Below, piece after piece: positions 34,880 through 47,528 of a DNA stretch of 64,000 bases; positions within the stretch are counted from its first letter, which is position 1, and each line of letters begins with the position of its first letter. The notes below the pieces were generated by a model. That model searched no databases. It was not told the DNA's origin and worked only from the letters and a program-made list of their open reading frames with translations. The translations under genes were made by a program, and so were the position numbers. The stretch is from Squalus acanthias (lineage: Eukaryota), in assembly GCA_030390025.1 (NCBI GenBank), contig CM059425.1, forward strand, positions 168,394,001 to 168,458,000. Direction: 5' to 3'.

Positions 34880-35095
34880 CATGAGAACATCATCACCTCC
34901 AACTTCCCCTCCAAGTCACGCACCATCCAGAGTTGTAAATAGATTGCTATTCCTTCATATTTTTGGGTCAAAATCCTGGAATTCCCTAAATAACTTCATG
35001 ACAGCACCATCATCACAATGACTGCAGCAGTTCAAGAATAAGTAATCAATGCTACATTGTTAGCATCATCCATATCCCCAAAACAAATAAAAAAC
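34880..35095 (+). mobile_element. Old LINE-B 3' tail fragment
   Basis: catcacctccaacttcccctccaagtcac...gggtcaaaatcctggaattccct. Confidence 0.75.
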
Positions 35096-35111
35096 AAATG
35101 AAAGTTATAAT

Positions 35112-35884
35112 GGGCTGGAATTTGCGGTCGGAGGAGTACCTCCGGAGTACGCCTCCGACACTAAAAAACAAACCTACCTGCTGGCTCCAGGGCTTCGGGG
35201 ACTTCGGGTCCTGGGCCTGCAGGCGTATGCCTGCATATAGGCCCACAGATCCCAGGGACGCAGGCGGTTCGGAAGTGTCCCTGGGATCACGTAGGCCAGG
35301 TCCTTCAATCAGAAAGGAGGATTCCACATCTGCTTATAAGGATTCCAGAACGGAATCCCCATTATCATGAACCCAATCCACAAATAATTAAATAATTTAC
35401 ACAACTAGAATAAAAATAAATGCTCCCATTTTCAAATTTAATTAAAAGTCCTTCATTGAAGCATTTACAATAAAAATTTAATTTTTTGAAAAATAATTTT
35501 AAACATTTTAATCCAGGCCAAAATTTACATAAACTAATTTTAAATGTTTCTGGAGATGATTTTTTACTTTTACATTTTTAATTTAACATTTATATTAACC
35601 CTTACGCTGGTGGAAGCAGGCCCTATGCCTGCTTTTACCAGGCGTAAGGGTTTTGTGGTCATTTGCTGGGCAGTAGTTAGGCAAATAGCCCAACTCTGCG
35701 CCAGCGAAAGTGATTTTTGGGTCAGTTCGTATGATCTGTCAAGGCGAATCTTGACATATCGCAAGTTCCAGGTTTTCACGCATGCGCAGTGCATGTGGGA
35801 ATCCAGAACTTGTAGGGCCTTTTACAAGGCTTACGATGGCGTACGCTGTACATACACCGTCATCGGTCCCGCAAAATCCAGGCC
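35112..35884 (-). mobile_element. Harbinger-type MITE, family A relative
   Basis: TIR gggctggaatttgcgg / ccgcaaaatccaggcc; AAT TSD; same internal motif order as 13966-14725. Confidence 0.85.
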
Positions 35885-38876
35885 AATACATTGCTTGTGG
35901 ACCATAGCAATAAGAATGTAAGTTAACAATGGTTCAATCACTATTGTTGCTGCTACCTCGACAATCAAAATTAGATTTCCTATTTTGAACTCACATCAAC
36001 TTCATTGCAAAAATTACTGAGAGGAGGAATTTCATCCTGTTGATGACTAAAAGGAAATATGTGCGACACTGAAGGGGAAACATATATACTGAACTGCCCA
36101 AATCCAAGTATTATAAAGAACTGTGGCCTGCATTGCACAACGCTATGTGCCCGCGCCCGTTCAAAGTGGTGCAGGCAACACGCAAAATTCGTGCTGCTTG
36201 CTCATTATAATTATTGGAGCGCTGATCTCAGCGCTAAACACGCTGCTGATTGGCTTAGCGCTCAACACGGAAGCCAATATTGGGTGCAGTCTACTAACCA
36301 ATAAAGTTAGGCCTCGGCTTTGTTGCAGAAGCACCTCTGTCATTATGAACAGAGACATGGTCCAACAGCCAAGGGAAAGGGCAAGGATATTTTTGGACGC
36401 GTCACTGGAAGCCTTGGTCCTGGGGGTACAAAGAGGTGAGGTCCTCTACCCGCAAGAGGCCTTTAAGGCTGAACACCAGAAGGCTGTGGAAGGAGATCGC
36501 TCAAGCCGTCACTGCAACGAGTGTTGTTCCCAGGACCTGGATCCAGTGATGCAAAAAGTTTAATGAACTCACACGAGTGGTCAAGGTGAGTGAATGCATC
36601 ATCAAATGTCATATCCGACTATTTGCACCACAAGCCTCACACACTGCTCAATGCACCAAACCTCCATCACTCACCTACCAACAATCTCTAGCAATCACCA
36701 CTCATACCTCACAATCATAGCTTCACTTCACCCTCACACACTTACCACTGCTGCAGAACTCACACCCACATCTCATACCTTGCACACACTGCCAGCTATT
36801 CAACCATGGTAGGCACATCACCCAAACGCATGACATACTTCCCTTTCTCTTGCAGGCAAAGGTGGCACACAACCGCCGGGAGCACCAGCAGATGGGTGGA
36901 GGGGAAGCCAGACTATAGAAACTGACGGAGCTGGTGGAAGCAATTCTCAACATAGCTGGACGGGCAGTCACAGAGTTCGTGTCGAGTGGGAAAAGTGAAA
37001 GCATTGCTGATGATGACGGTGTGCTCATACCTAATCCTTCTTCTCACATCCCACTTCCTCCTCATCCCACAATCTCTTCTCACTTACAAGCTGCTGATGG
37101 TGTATGCATGAATATCTTGCTTTCCCTCCCCCTCCCCTCACCACAACCCGACCCTTGTGCCTTTCTAAGAACATAAGAACATAAGAAATAGGAGCAGGAG
37201 TAGGCCATTCGGCCCCTCGAGCCTGCTCTGCCATTCAATAAGATCATGGCTGATCTCCTACCTCAACTCCACCTTCTTGCACTATCCTCATATCCCTTGA
37301 TTCCCTTAATATCCAAAAATCTATCGATCTCTATCTTGAATATACTCAACGACTGAGCCTCCACAGCCCGCTGGGGTAGAGGATTCCAAAGATTCACCAC
37401 CCTCTGAGTGAAGAAATTTCTCCTCTTCTCAGTCCTAAATGGCCGACCCCTTATTCTGAGACTGTGACCCCTGGTTCTAGACTCCCCAGCCAGGGGAAAC
37501 ATCTTCCCTGCATCTACCCTGTCAAGCCCTGTAAGAATTTTGTATGTTTAAATGAGATCACCTCTCATTCTTCTAAACTGTAGAGAATGTAGGCCTAGTC
37601 TACTCAATCTCTCCTCATAGGACAAACCCCCATCCCAGGAATCAGTCTGGTGAACCTTCGTTGCACTCCCTCCATATCCTTCCTTAGGTAAGGAGACCAA
37701 AACTGTACACAATACTCCAGGTGTGGTCTCACCAGGGCCCTATATAATTGCAGTAAGACATCTTTACTCTTATACTCAAATCCTCTTGTAACAAAGGCCA
37801 ACTTACCATTTGCTTTCTTAATTGCTTGCTGTACCTGCATGATAACTTTCAGTGATTCGTGTACAAGGATACCCAGGTCCCTCTGAACACCAACATTTCC
37901 CAATCTCTCACCATTTAAAAAATACTCTGTTTTTCTATTTTTCCTACCAAAGTGGATACCTTCACATTTCTCCACATTATATTCCATTTGCCATGTTCTT
38001 GCCCACTCGCTTAGCCTGTCTATATCCCCTTGAAGCCTCTTTGCATCCTTTTCACAACTTACATTCCCACCTAGCTTTGTATATCAGCAAACTTGGATAT
38101 ATTACATTTGGTCCCCTCATCTAAATCATTGATATAGATTGTGAATAGCTGAGGCCCAAGCACTGATCCTTGCGGTACCCCACTAGTTACAGCCTGCCAA
38201 CCTGAAAATGACCCGCTTATTCCCACTCTCTGTTTTCTGTCCGTTAACCAATCCTCAATCCATGCTAGTATATTACCCCCAAAGCCATGAGCCCTAATTT
38301 TGTTTAATAACCTCTTGTGTGGCACCTTATCGAATGCCTTCTGAAAATCCAAATACACCACATCCAATGGTTCCCCCTTATCTATTCTGCTAGTTACAAC
38401 CTTAAAAAACTCTGTAAGACTCGTCAAACATGATTTCCCTTTCATAAATCCTGCCCAATCCTATTATTATTTTCTAAGTGCCCTGTTACCACGTCCTTAA
38501 TAATAGATTCTAGCATTTTCCCTACTACTGATGTCAGGCTAACTGGTCTGTAGTTCCTCATTTTCTCTCTTCCTCCTTTCTTAAATAGTGGGGTTACATT
38601 TGCTACCTTCCAATCTGCGGGAACCGTTCTAGAATCTATGGAATTTTGGAACGTGACAACCAATGCATCCACTATCTCTATAGCCAACTCTTTCAAAACC
38701 CTAGGATGTAGGCCATCAGGTCCAGGGGATTTATCGGCTTCCAATCCCATTAATTTCTCCAGTACTATTTTTTTACTAATACTAATTTCTTTCAGTTCCT
38801 CATTCTCGCTAGACCCTTGGTTCTCCACTATATCACAGAGGTTTTTTGCGTCTTCTTCTGTAAAGACAGACACAAA

Positions 38877-39634
38877 GGGGGAAAAATTGAGTCGCGCCCC
38901 CATTGGGGAGCTAACTTCACCAGGGTGCTACTTCTGGCGTCCGAAAAAATTACCACCCCCGCGGCCGAAATTCACCGGTAGCGCCCCAAGAGGGAAGCGG
39001 GGTGCTACTGGAAGCGCCCCGCCGCCCTCTTGGGGCGCTGCAAGTGAATTTTACGGCGCTACGTGCACAGCGCCATGCACTGCGGCACATTGCGCCGTGG
39101 TACTGCAGGCCTTCCTCCCCTTCTTAAAGAGGAGGGGCCTAGCGCAGCGTGACCCGGGGCCCAGCTGGGCCACCAGGGATCGGAGTGCCGGCAAAAGAGC
39201 CCGGCACTCAATCGAAGTGCCGGGCTCATGGAGTGCAGCCAGCACTCCGCGGGGGGGCTGCAGAGGTGGCCAGGGACGGCAGAGGGGGACAGGTGCTGGC
39301 AGGCAGCCAGCAACAAAAATGACCGCACGGCACCTCCCCATTAATTTGCACCGCCCCGGCCGCAGGTTGGCCTCCCTGACCTTGTCCAGCGGTAAGTCAG
39401 GAGGCACTACCGAAGATCGTGGCCGGGGCGCGAGCGGGGCGCTGCGCACGACAATGACATCATCGCCGGTGGCGCAGCACCGTGGGGCGCTAACAGTTAC
39501 CGCCGCCGCTAACCTCCCGCTGAATTTCGCGAGAGAGGTTGGCAACACCGCGCCCAGGTGCTAGTTGCTTTGCGCCCCGTTAGCGCCCTCTTAGGGCACT
39601 AATGGGAGGCGCAAAGCAACCGAATTTTTAGGCC
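38877..39634 (+). mobile_element. Harbinger MITE, family B relative, inserted in CR1 ORF2
   Basis: AAA TSD; removing it restores the host codons NKYFVSVFT. Confidence 0.9.
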
Positions 39635-39916
39635 AAAGTATTTATTTAATTTCTCTGCCATTTCCTTATTCCGCATTATAATTTCTCCTGTCTGTAAGGG
39701 ACCCACATTTACTTTCGCTAATCATTTCCTTTTTACATACCTATAGAAGCTTTTACAGTCTGTTTTTATGTCTCTCGCTAGTTTACTCTCATATTCTATT
39801 TTCCCTTTCTTTATCAATTTCTTGGTCCTCTTTTGCTGAATTCTAAAATTCTCCCAATCCTCAGGCTTACTCCTCTGTTTGGCAACATTATAAGCCTTTT
39901 CCTTTGATCTAATACT

Positions 39917-40656
39917 GGCCCAAAAATTCGTGAGTGAGCCTTCGTGCGAGGGTAAGGCCTCCCCGCGATCTCTCACTGCGCGCTGGCTTTTTCAGTCCGA
40001 GCTCGCACGAACTTGATGTTCTGGACAGCAGCTGTGCAGGGCTTCCGTATCCCACAGGCGTAGTTAATTCGTGCGAGCTGTGGGATCACGTGACTCAGTT
40101 AGAGCCAATGGCAGCACACCATCTTTCATTCATAGCTTTCACATAAGTGCTGTGAAAGCTATGAATCTATACCCCCCCAAAAGAACAGCTAAACCTCAAT
40201 TAAATTTAAAAAAAACCCATCACATTAATAAAATAAGTATAGTTAAATAAATTAACCATTTTAAACAAAAAATTAAATTTTTGAAAAAATTTAAAATCTT
40301 TTAAAAAGTTATAAAAATAAACTTACCTTTCTTTAAAGTCTCTAAAAAAGATATCTGTTAAAAAAAATTCAAAATAATACTTAATTAACTACTTACCTTG
40401 TTAAAAGAGGGTCTTACGCCTCCTTTCTTTATGTCTAAAATGTTCCATGCTTACCTGCGCGTTCAAAGCACTAAGTGCACTGCGTGCGCGCAGCCTGTAG
40501 CGCGCACGCGGTTCACCTAGGAACCGCCCCCTTTTGAATTCACCAAGTGCCGGTTTTCAGCGCATGCGCAGTGCATGCAGAAAACCGGCAATTGGAGACA
40601 GAATACGCGAGAGTACACAGTGCGTACTCTCGCGTAGCGGCACTAATTTTTGGGCC
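39917..40656 (-). mobile_element. Harbinger MITE, family A, inserted in CR1 ORF2
   Basis: Perfect 12-bp TIR ggcccaaaaatt / aatttttgggcc; ACT TSD; removing it restores EVKDSIRSKE. Confidence 0.92.
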
Positions 40657-41494
40657 ACTATCTTTAACCTCTCTTGTTAGCCACGGTTGGACCACTTTTC
40701 CTATGGGGGTTTTGTGCCTTAAAGGAATATATATTTATTGTAAATTATGTATTAATTCTTTAAATGCTAGCCATTGCTTGTCTACCATCATACCTTTTAA
40801 TGTCATTTCCCAATTTACCTTAGCCAACTCGCCCCTCATACCTACATAGTTTGCTTTGTTTAGATTTAAGACCCTAGTTTCGGATTTAACTAAATCACTT
40901 TCGAACTTAATATAAAATTCAATCATATTATGGTCACTCTTCCCTAAAGGCCCCTTTACTGCAAGGTTATTAATTAACCCTTTCTCATTGCACAATACTA
41001 GATTAAAATTAGCCTGTTCCCTAGTTGGTTCCTCAACATACTGATCTAGAAAACTATCTTGTATACATTCCATGAATTCATCCTCCATACTAATACTGCA
41101 AATTTGGTTTGCCCAGTCTATATGTAGATTAAATCCCCCATGATTACTGTATTACCCTTGTTACATGCACCTCTAATTTCCTGATTTATACTCTGCCCTA
41201 CATTACAACTACTGTTTGGGGGCCTATAAACAACTCCCACACAATGTTTTCTGCCCTTTGCTGTTTCTTAGCTCCACCCAAACTGATTTAATTCTTGATT
41301 TTCCGAGCTAGCATCCTTTCTCTCTACTGTCTTTATCCCATCCTTTAAATGCCATAGCACTTGAAACGCCATAGCATACAAGGCTACGGACCAAGTGCTG
41401 GAAAATGGGATTAGAATAGACAGGGCTTGATGGCCGGCGCGGACACGATGGGCCGAAGGGCCTCTTTCTGTGCTGTATAATTCTATGACTCTAT

Positions 41495-42383
41495 GGGGGA
41501 AAAATTAGGTCGCGCCCCATTTGGGGCGCAAATATCGTCTGGACGCAAATATTAGCGCCTGGCGCTAATTATCGGCACTGACTGGAAACTTCACTTTTAC
41601 CGCCCCGGGAGGTGAGTGGAGCGCTAAATCAGGCGCTGCACACCTGTCTTAAGGCGCAAAGGCCAAGGAGTGAGGCGCTACCTCAGAGCGCTGGCGAAGC
41701 TCATGTAATGTCAGTCAGCAATGGAACACACACACAATGGCACGGGCCAGTTCTTAAAGGGGATGGTTAATCTTGCTTTCCATCCACATCCTGTTCATTG
41801 CAGCCTTGAATCTCGGCCTGGAGAGACTTGCACATCAAATGTGCTGGAAAGAACAATGGAGAGTACCAGGCAAAGAGCTCAGAGTGCAGCTCCCACAGTC
41901 TCTGCTAAATCGATACAAGGAATGGCAAATCAAAATGAACCTGCAAAGTGCTGCTCAGTACCCAAAACTCCTTCACACAACGTTGAATCTCTCCAGAAGT
42001 CTCTCCCTCTCTCTCTCAGAATGCATAGTTCAAAAATGCCACCAACAATAAAAGACAGGAAGAGGCCCCCTTTAAATAGCGCCCCCCCCCCCCAGCGATT
42101 GATAGCGTTCCAGTCTTCTGGTCGTTGGATGCGCCAGGCGGTAAGGCAGGGGGCGCCACTCAATTTCCGCTCCGGGGCGCCACAAGGGCGTTGCACCATG
42201 GAATGACGTCACAATCTGCGCGCGCAGGTGGTCGCAGCGGTAAGTTTTAGCGCCGCCGCACAATCTCTAGTTAAGTTCCCGAGCGGCGCAAACATCGCTG
42301 CGCCCGGGCGTTAGCGGCTTTGCGCCCCATTAGCGCCCTCTTAAGGCGCTAACGGGAGGTGCAACCAACTGAATTTTTACCCC
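41495..42383 (+). mobile_element. Harbinger MITE, family B (close homolog of 31224-32111)
   Basis: TIR gggggaaaaaatt / aatttttacccc; TAT TSD inside a (ctatgact)n tail of a short CR1-type 3' end at about 41350-41494. Confidence 0.88.
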
Positions 42384-42394
42384 TATGACTCTAA

Positions 42395-43270
42395 ACTCCA
42401 GTATGATTTGGACAGGTTGGGTGATTGGGCAGATGCATGGCAGATGCAGTATAATTTGGATAAATGCGAGGTTATCCACTTTGGTGGCAAAAACAGGAAG
42501 GCAGATTATTATCTGAACAGCAATAGATTGGGAAAAGGGGAAGTGAACGAGACCTGGGTGTCCTTGTGCACCAGTTGCTGAAGGTAAGCATGCAGGTGCA
42601 GCAGGCAGTTAAGAAAGCAAATGGTATGTTGGCCTTCATAGCGAGAGGATTCGAGTACAGGAGCAAGGATGTCTTGCTGCAGTTGTACAGGGCCTTGGTG
42701 AGACCACACCTTGAGTATTGTGTGCAGTTTTGGTCCCCTTATCTGAGAAAGGATGTTCTTGCTATGGAGGGAGTGCAGCGAAGATTCACCAGACTGATAC
42801 CTGGGATGGCAGGAATGACGTATGAAGAGAGATTGGATCGATTAGGCTTATATTCACTACAGTTTAGAAGAATGAGAGGGGATCTCATTGAAACTTATAA
42901 AATTCCAACAGAACTAGACAGACTAGATGCAGGAAAGCTGTTCCCGATGGCGGGGGAGTCCAGAACCAGGGGTCACAGTCTAAGGATAAGGGGTAAGCCA
43001 TTTAGGACTGAGATGAGAGGAATTTCTTCACCCAGAGAGTGGTGAACCTGTGGAAATCTCTACCACAGAAGGCAGTTGAGGCCAATTCATTAAATATATT
43101 CAAGAAGGAGTTAGATATATTTCTTAAGGCTAAGGGGATCAAGAGATATGGGGAGAAAGCAGGGACAGGTACTGAATTTGGATGATCAGCCAGGATCGCA
43201 TTGAATGGCGGAGCAGGCTCGAGGGGCCGAATGGCCTACTCCTGCTCCTATCTTCTATGTTTCTATGTTT
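42395..43270 (+). mobile_element. CR1 LINE 3' fragment nested antisense in the larger CR1
   Basis: ORF 42566-43045 ([15 protein letters not shown]) and a ttctatgt tail. Confidence 0.9.
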
Positions 43271-43689
43271 CTATTATCAGGGCTACCCCTCCTCCTTTTC
43301 CATTTTGCCTACCTCTTCTACAAGTTAAGTATCCTGGAATATTTAGTTCCCAACCGTGGTCACTTTGCAACCACGTCTCCGTAATGGCTATTCGATCAAG
43401 CCTATTAATTTCTACCTGAGCTATTAATTCATCTATTTTGTTGCGAATGTTTCGTGCATTCAGATATAGTGCCTTTAGCTTTGACATTTTTCTATTTTTC
43501 CCTGATGTCACCTTAGTCGCTGATGCCCTATTACCTTTGTTACTCTCTCTGTCCCTTCCTGACCCATTCTGCTTATTTTTACCAAAACTCTGCTCTGCTC
43601 TGGAGCATTGACATTTCTCTTGCTGCTTTTAAAATTACACTTTCCTGAATCCTCCCACCCCCCCTTCATTAGTTTAAAGCTCTGTCTAC

Positions 43690-44620
43690 TGCCCTAGTTA
43701 TTCGATTTGCCAGGACACTGGTTCCAGCCCGGTATAAATGGAGCCCGTCTCAATGGAACAGCTCCTTCTTTCCCCAGTACTGATGCCAGTGCCCCATGAA
43801 GCAAAACCCCTGCCTCCCACACCACTCTTTGAGCCATGCATTTAACCTTCTAATCTGCTTATCCCAATGCCAATTGGCGTGAGGCTCAGGTAACAATCCA
43901 GAGATTATTACCTTTGAGGTTCTGCTTTTTAATTTGGACCCCAACTCCACAAACTCTCTCAGCAGAACCTCATTCCTAGTTCTACCGATATCGTTGGTTC
44001 CTACGTGGACCACGACAACTGGATCCTCCTCCCCTTCCCACTTCAAGTTCTTCTCTAGCCGCAAGGAGATGTCTTTAACCCTGGCAGGCAACACAACCTA
44101 CGGAACTCCCGGTCGCGGCTGCAGTGAACAGTATCTATCCCTCTGACTGTACTGTCCCCTACCACAATTACATTCCCTTTCACTTCCCCCATTTGAATGG
44201 CCTCCTGCACCATGGTGCCATGGTCAGCTTGCTCATCCATCCTGCAGGCTTTTCCCTCATCCACACAGGCAGCAAGAACCTCATACCTGTTGGATAAGGA
44301 CAAATTCTGAGTCTCCTCCAGCATTTCACCTGGGGTCCCCTTACCTGAGTTGCAGTCACACCCTCCTGTCCCTGACCACTAACCAGGCCTGTACCACTAC
44401 CTAACCTAAGGGGTGTGACTGCCTCCTGGATCAAAGTGTCCAGGTAACTCTACCCCTCCCTGATGCCCCGCAATGTCTGCACCTCAGACTCCAGCTCAAA
44501 AACTCTGAGTTGAAGTTCCTCAAGATGCAGGCACTTACTGCAGACGTGGTTGTCCGGGATCACAATGCTCTCCACAAACTCCCACATGCTGCAGTTGTGG
44601 CACACCACCTGCACTGCCAT
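43690..44620 (-). pseudogene. CR1 ORF1: N-terminal Cys motif/coiled coil + SGNH esterase domain
   Basis: MAVQVVCHNCSMWE, VIVVGDSTVRGID and VVVHVGTNDIG; frameshifted. Confidence 0.85.
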
Positions 44621-46149
44621 CCCTAGATGACTTTGTTCTATTTAATTAAATGTAATTAAATTTGTATTAAAGTAACTTAATTTACAGTTTAGTTTCTTGA
44701 CTACTTACTTGATCTAGATTAAGTTATGGGTTATGAAATTAAATATCTACCTGTAACACAAAGCACTACAAGTAGTGTAGGCAAAAAGCAGCAACTCCTT
44801 CCCCCTCTTCTCTGAATTCCCACTCTTTCCAAATTCCCAAATAAAACACACTGTTTACGTGCACTCCGTTTAATGCCGCTCTGTGTAGACCATCGGGATG
44901 CTAAAGCAGTGGTTCCGCTGCCTTGATCGCTCGGGAGGAGCCCTCCAGTACATCTCCTTTCAGATACCCAAGAACTCCAACCTGGCCGGCCAGTCCACAG
45001 TGATAGACGAGAAGAAGACACACTGGCACTGCATCTGACACTCACAGACATCAGCTCAGAAAATGTATAGAGGTGGGATCTGCATGTGGTGAGTCACCGG
45101 GCACGAGTGGGCTGCAGCCAGGCTGGGGGGAAAGAGTTGCTCGGGTGCCAGCTCCCCGGAGGATGAGTTTGCGCACGGTTTCTCCTGCACAGGACTCAGA
45201 TGATGATCTCGATGGGGCGGCCTTCAGAAGAAGGGTGATAGGTATGCACACAGAAATGCTCGGTGCAATGGCAAGTCTGCCAGAGAGACTCTTGTCAGTG
45301 TCAAGGAGCATGGAGGAGTCGGGCTCCAACATTGCATGGGGCTTTGTGCGGAGCTTGGAGCCCGTGATTTCCAGGATGGAAATGATGGGCAACTCCACGA
45401 GAGACCTTGTGGACCCAGCCATGATTCTGCGTGTGATGGGCGATGTCACAGCTTCCATTGCAGCACAGGTGGAAGCGATCCAATGTCTCAGTGCTGCAGT
45501 GGAAGCGCAGACTGCTCTCCTGCAGCTCAGCTTGCTGCCACGCAAGCTCAGACTGCTGCCATCATAGCTGGGTTTACATGTGTGGAAAGGGGCTAGCAGG
45601 TTCTCACAGCACTTCAGCAATCAGTCCCCCAACAGATGGCTAGGAATGCTGAGGCGCCGCTCCAGGAGTGGCAGTGGCACCGTGGAGCAGGAATCTGCTA
45701 TCCTCTTTCAGAATGACAGCATTCCTAGTCCCACCACTGCCACTCCACCAGTGCCCTTGCTGCTGCCGCCCATGCCAAGATGGTGCAGTCTACAGCTGGG
45801 CATTCTAGGCCCAGAGCTGTTCGAGGTCATCCTGCAAGGCCATCTGCAGTCCCCTCCACAGAAAGTCAGCAGCCTTCCACCAGCAATGCTGCAGCCACTG
45901 TCGGAGCACTTCGTAGGAGCACTAGAGTAGGAAAAGGTACACGAAAGACAGACACTAAGGGAATGCACAAGGGTGATTAGTTGATGTTGTTCTTTTGATT
46001 TGCATTTGATAAATTTATAAATTATGTTTGGAACGTTTGTTTTGTGTTGGCTTACATTTCAACTTTGTGCGCAGGAGGATGCTGTGATGTTGCGTGACAG
46101 AGGGATGGTAAGGTGGGGAAGTGGTGAGCAACGGGATCTGGGGTTTCAT

Positions 46150-47528
46150 TCACTGGAACCGGAGTCTGATGAGGCGCTCATGGACAGCCCGTCTGGAACG
46201 GGGTTCTGCTGCCTGCCTCCTCCCTTTCTCCTCCTCCTGCTCCTCCTCTTCCCCCTCCTATTCTTCCTCCTCCTCCTCCTGAGGTAGTCCCGGAACCTGT
46301 GGTGGCAAGGACTGCGCCTTCATGATGGCCAAGTTGTGGAGGATGCAGCAGACCACCACGAAATGGAACACCCGCTCCGACATGTACTGGAGGGCTCCTC
46401 CCGAATGGTCAAGGCAACGGAACCGCTGCTTTAGCACCCTGATGGTCTGCTCGATGACATTCCTCGTGGCAGCATGGCTGTCATTATATGATTGCTGGCC
46501 ACGAGTGGTGGGGTTGCGGAGGGGAGTCATCAGCCTGGTGTAGAGCGGATAGCCCTTGGCGCCAAGCAGCCACCCTCGGGTTTGATGTGGTGGCTAGAAG
46601 ATTGCTGGCACACCGGACAGGCACAGGTTGAAGGCATCATGACTGTTGCCAGGATACCGGGCATTCACCATCATGATGCATTGGGCATGGTCGCACAACA
46701 ACTGCACATTAAAAGAGTGGCAGCCTTTGCGGTTACAGAACATCTCAGGATTGCTATGTGGCACCCGCAAAGCCACTGGTGTGCCATCGATGGCGCCCTG
46801 CTCTATGGGGAAGCCTGATATCCTGGCTAAGCCACATGTTCGCTCCTCCTGCTTCTCTCTGATAAGACAATGATGCCCCTTCACCTAGTGTCGAGAGCCT
46901 CTGTGACCTCCTGGATGCAGCGATGGACGGTGAACTGGGAGATGTTAGCTATGTTGCCTGTTCCAGACTGGAAGGATCCAGTGGTGAAAAAATTGAGGGC
47001 CACGGTGACCTTGAGGGCCACTGGGAGAGGCACTGTCTCCCTGCTCTGAAGGTGCAGGTCTAGTTGCAGGAGGAGGCAAAGTTCTGTGACCACCTCCTTG
47101 GTGAAGTGGAGCCTCCTAATACACTGCCCCTGGCTTAGGTGCAGGTAGGAGAAGTGCTCTCGGAAACATAGAAACATAGAAGATAGGAGCAGGAGTAGGC
47201 CATTCGGCCCCTCGTGCCTGCTCCGCCATTGGATGAGATCATGGCTGATCATCCAAACTCAGTACCCTGTCACTGCCTTCTCCCCATATCCCTTGATACC
47301 TTTAGCCTTAAGAAATATATCTAACTCCTTCTTGAATATATTTACTGACTTGGCCTCAACTGCCTTCTGTGGTAGAGAATTCCACAGGTTCACCTAGACC
47401 CTAGGTGGGTAAGTCCTCCTGCTGAGAGCCCTCCTGCCCCTCTACGAGCATCTTGTCCTCTTCTTTGCTGCCTCCTCTCCATCTCCCTGCCATACTTGAG
47501 TGTGAGGGGGTTGTAAGTAGAGCCCCAT
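46150..47528 (-). pseudogene. Harbinger (HARBI1-like) DDE transposase, frameshifted
   Basis: KVTVALNFFTTGSFQ, GFP..QGAIDGT, NRKGCHSFNVQLLCD, ARYPGNSHDAF, YNDSHAATRNVIEQTI.VLKQRFRCLD, CCILHNL. Confidence 0.92.
47164..47393 (-). mobile_element. CR1 3' end inserted in the Harbinger transposase
   Basis: (aaacatag)n tail and CR1 3' UTR. Confidence 0.88.

Larger units (their letters stand above)
37167..44885 (-). mobile_element. Full-length-type CR1 LINE (5' UTR, ORF1, ORF2, tail) with nested insertions
   Basis: ORF2 runs from 43511 (LYLNARNIRNK) through RT to about 37263, followed by a (ttcttatg)n tail. The frame is restored when the nested elements are removed. Confidence 0.92.
36357..45980 (+). 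pseudogene. Harbinger Myb/SANT gene (exons about 36357-36585, 36856-37018, 44889-45980), disrupted
   Basis: MVQQPRERARIFLDASLEALV...KKFNELTRVVK|gtgagt; cag|AKVAHNRRE; last exon ends KTDTKGMHKGD*. Stops and frameshifts; CR1 in intron 2. Confidence 0.8.

Noticed and set aside
38638..39564. 308-aa ORF
   Set aside because: Chimera of antisense CR1 sequence and a GC-rich MITE; no protein features.
46150..47528. Domesticated host HARBI1 gene
   Set aside because: Frameshifts, a CR1 insertion, and location between transposon ends next to a Myb partner indicate a dead transposon.
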